Part shown: piece by piece, positions 13,729-13,994 of the stretch | Numbering within the stretch: the first letter of the stretch is position 1 | How the letters are laid out: each line of letters opens with the position of its first letter | Assembly: GCA_041640575.1 (NCBI GenBank) | Contig: JBEPZZ010000044.1 | Coordinates: 1 to 13,994, forward strand | DNA: 13,994 bases | Direction: 5' to 3' | From: Pseudothermotoga sp. | Lineage (GTDB): Bacteria; Thermotogota; Thermotogae; Thermotogales; DSM-5069 | Notes under the pieces: generated by a model | The model's database searches: none | What the model was told of the DNA's origin: nothing | The model's input: only the letters and a program-made list of their open reading frames with translations | Made by a program: the position numbers and the translations under genes

Positions 13729-13750
13729 ACCCCAGGGTTGACCCTGGGGT
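13729..13750 (-). terminator. Perfect GC-rich hairpin between the substrate-binding protein gene and aguA (leaky terminator or mRNA-stabilising stem)
   Basis: ACCCCAGGGT-tg-ACCCTGGGGT is a perfect 10-bp inverted repeat 5 nt after the stop codon. On the minus strand the G4 arm is followed by only TTTT and then GCGGAGG (the aguA SD). Confidence 0.75.
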
Positions 13751-13755
13751 ATTTC

Positions 13756-13994
13756 TCACTTCTTGAAGAAAAATTGCATAGGCATACCGTTCAATGGAGT
13801 AAAGAACACCGTTTCCGAAACAAGTTTTTCCGGAACATTTCTAAAGTTATTTTTTACAACTGTTGGTGCAATATCTTCACCCACTGTTCCTATCATCCAT
13901 ATGTTCTCTCTGTGAAGTTTTGTAATCTCAGCCATGATTTGTTTGAATTTCGCTGGATCTGTCTCTCCCTTCGCCTTCTCCCAAAGATCCACAA
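13756..13994 (-). CDS. C-terminal part of an OppA/family-5 ABC substrate-binding protein, probably for (glucurono)xylo-oligosaccharides; 5'-truncated by the window edge
   Basis: The frame is open to the window end. 'ETDPAKFKQIMAEITKLHRENIWMIGTVG...VVKNNFRNVPE...QFFFKK' resembles C-termini of sugar-binding family-5 proteins. Its position just upstream of aguA matches the known T. maritima arrangement, and it is followed by a typical post-SBP hairpin. Confidence 0.8.
   Translation of the reverse strand, partial: VDLWEKAKGETDPAKFKQIMAEITKLHRENIWMIGTVGEDIAPTVVKNNFRNVPEKLVSETVFFTPLNGMPMQFFFKK

Overview
This is a densely coding carbohydrate-utilisation region whose proteins and gene order look like Thermotogota (inferred from protein similarity recalled from the literature, not from a search). 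Two units converge near 2.3-2.6 kb. On the + strand is the 3' end of an Opp/Dpp-family ABC importer (permease fragment and two ATPases), a family that Thermotogae use for oligosaccharides. On the - strand is a long, tightly packed run: ABC substrate-binding protein (partial) > aguA (GH67 alpha-glucuronidase) > aldose 1-epimerase > xylA > xylB > a LacZ/EbgA-type GH2 glycosidase. After a 107-bp gap carrying a candidate promoter and operator comes a secreted GH53 endo-beta-1,4-galactanase with Ig-like and CBM61-like domains. I found no RNA genes, CRISPR arrays or mobile elements. The best lead is the GH2. It keeps both catalytic glutamates but has replaced several sugar-recognition residues of E. 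coli LacZ (N102>S, R388>H, H391>F, H540>R) and sits in a glucuronoxylan/xylose operon, so it may not be an ordinary beta-galactosidase. Smaller signals are a CelR-like palindrome over an extended -10 upstream of the galactanase, a perfect hairpin after the binding-protein gene, a 23-bp exact repeat shared by the two ATPase genes, a GC-rich structured patch inside xylB, and about 270 bp of unexplained DNA at the convergence point.
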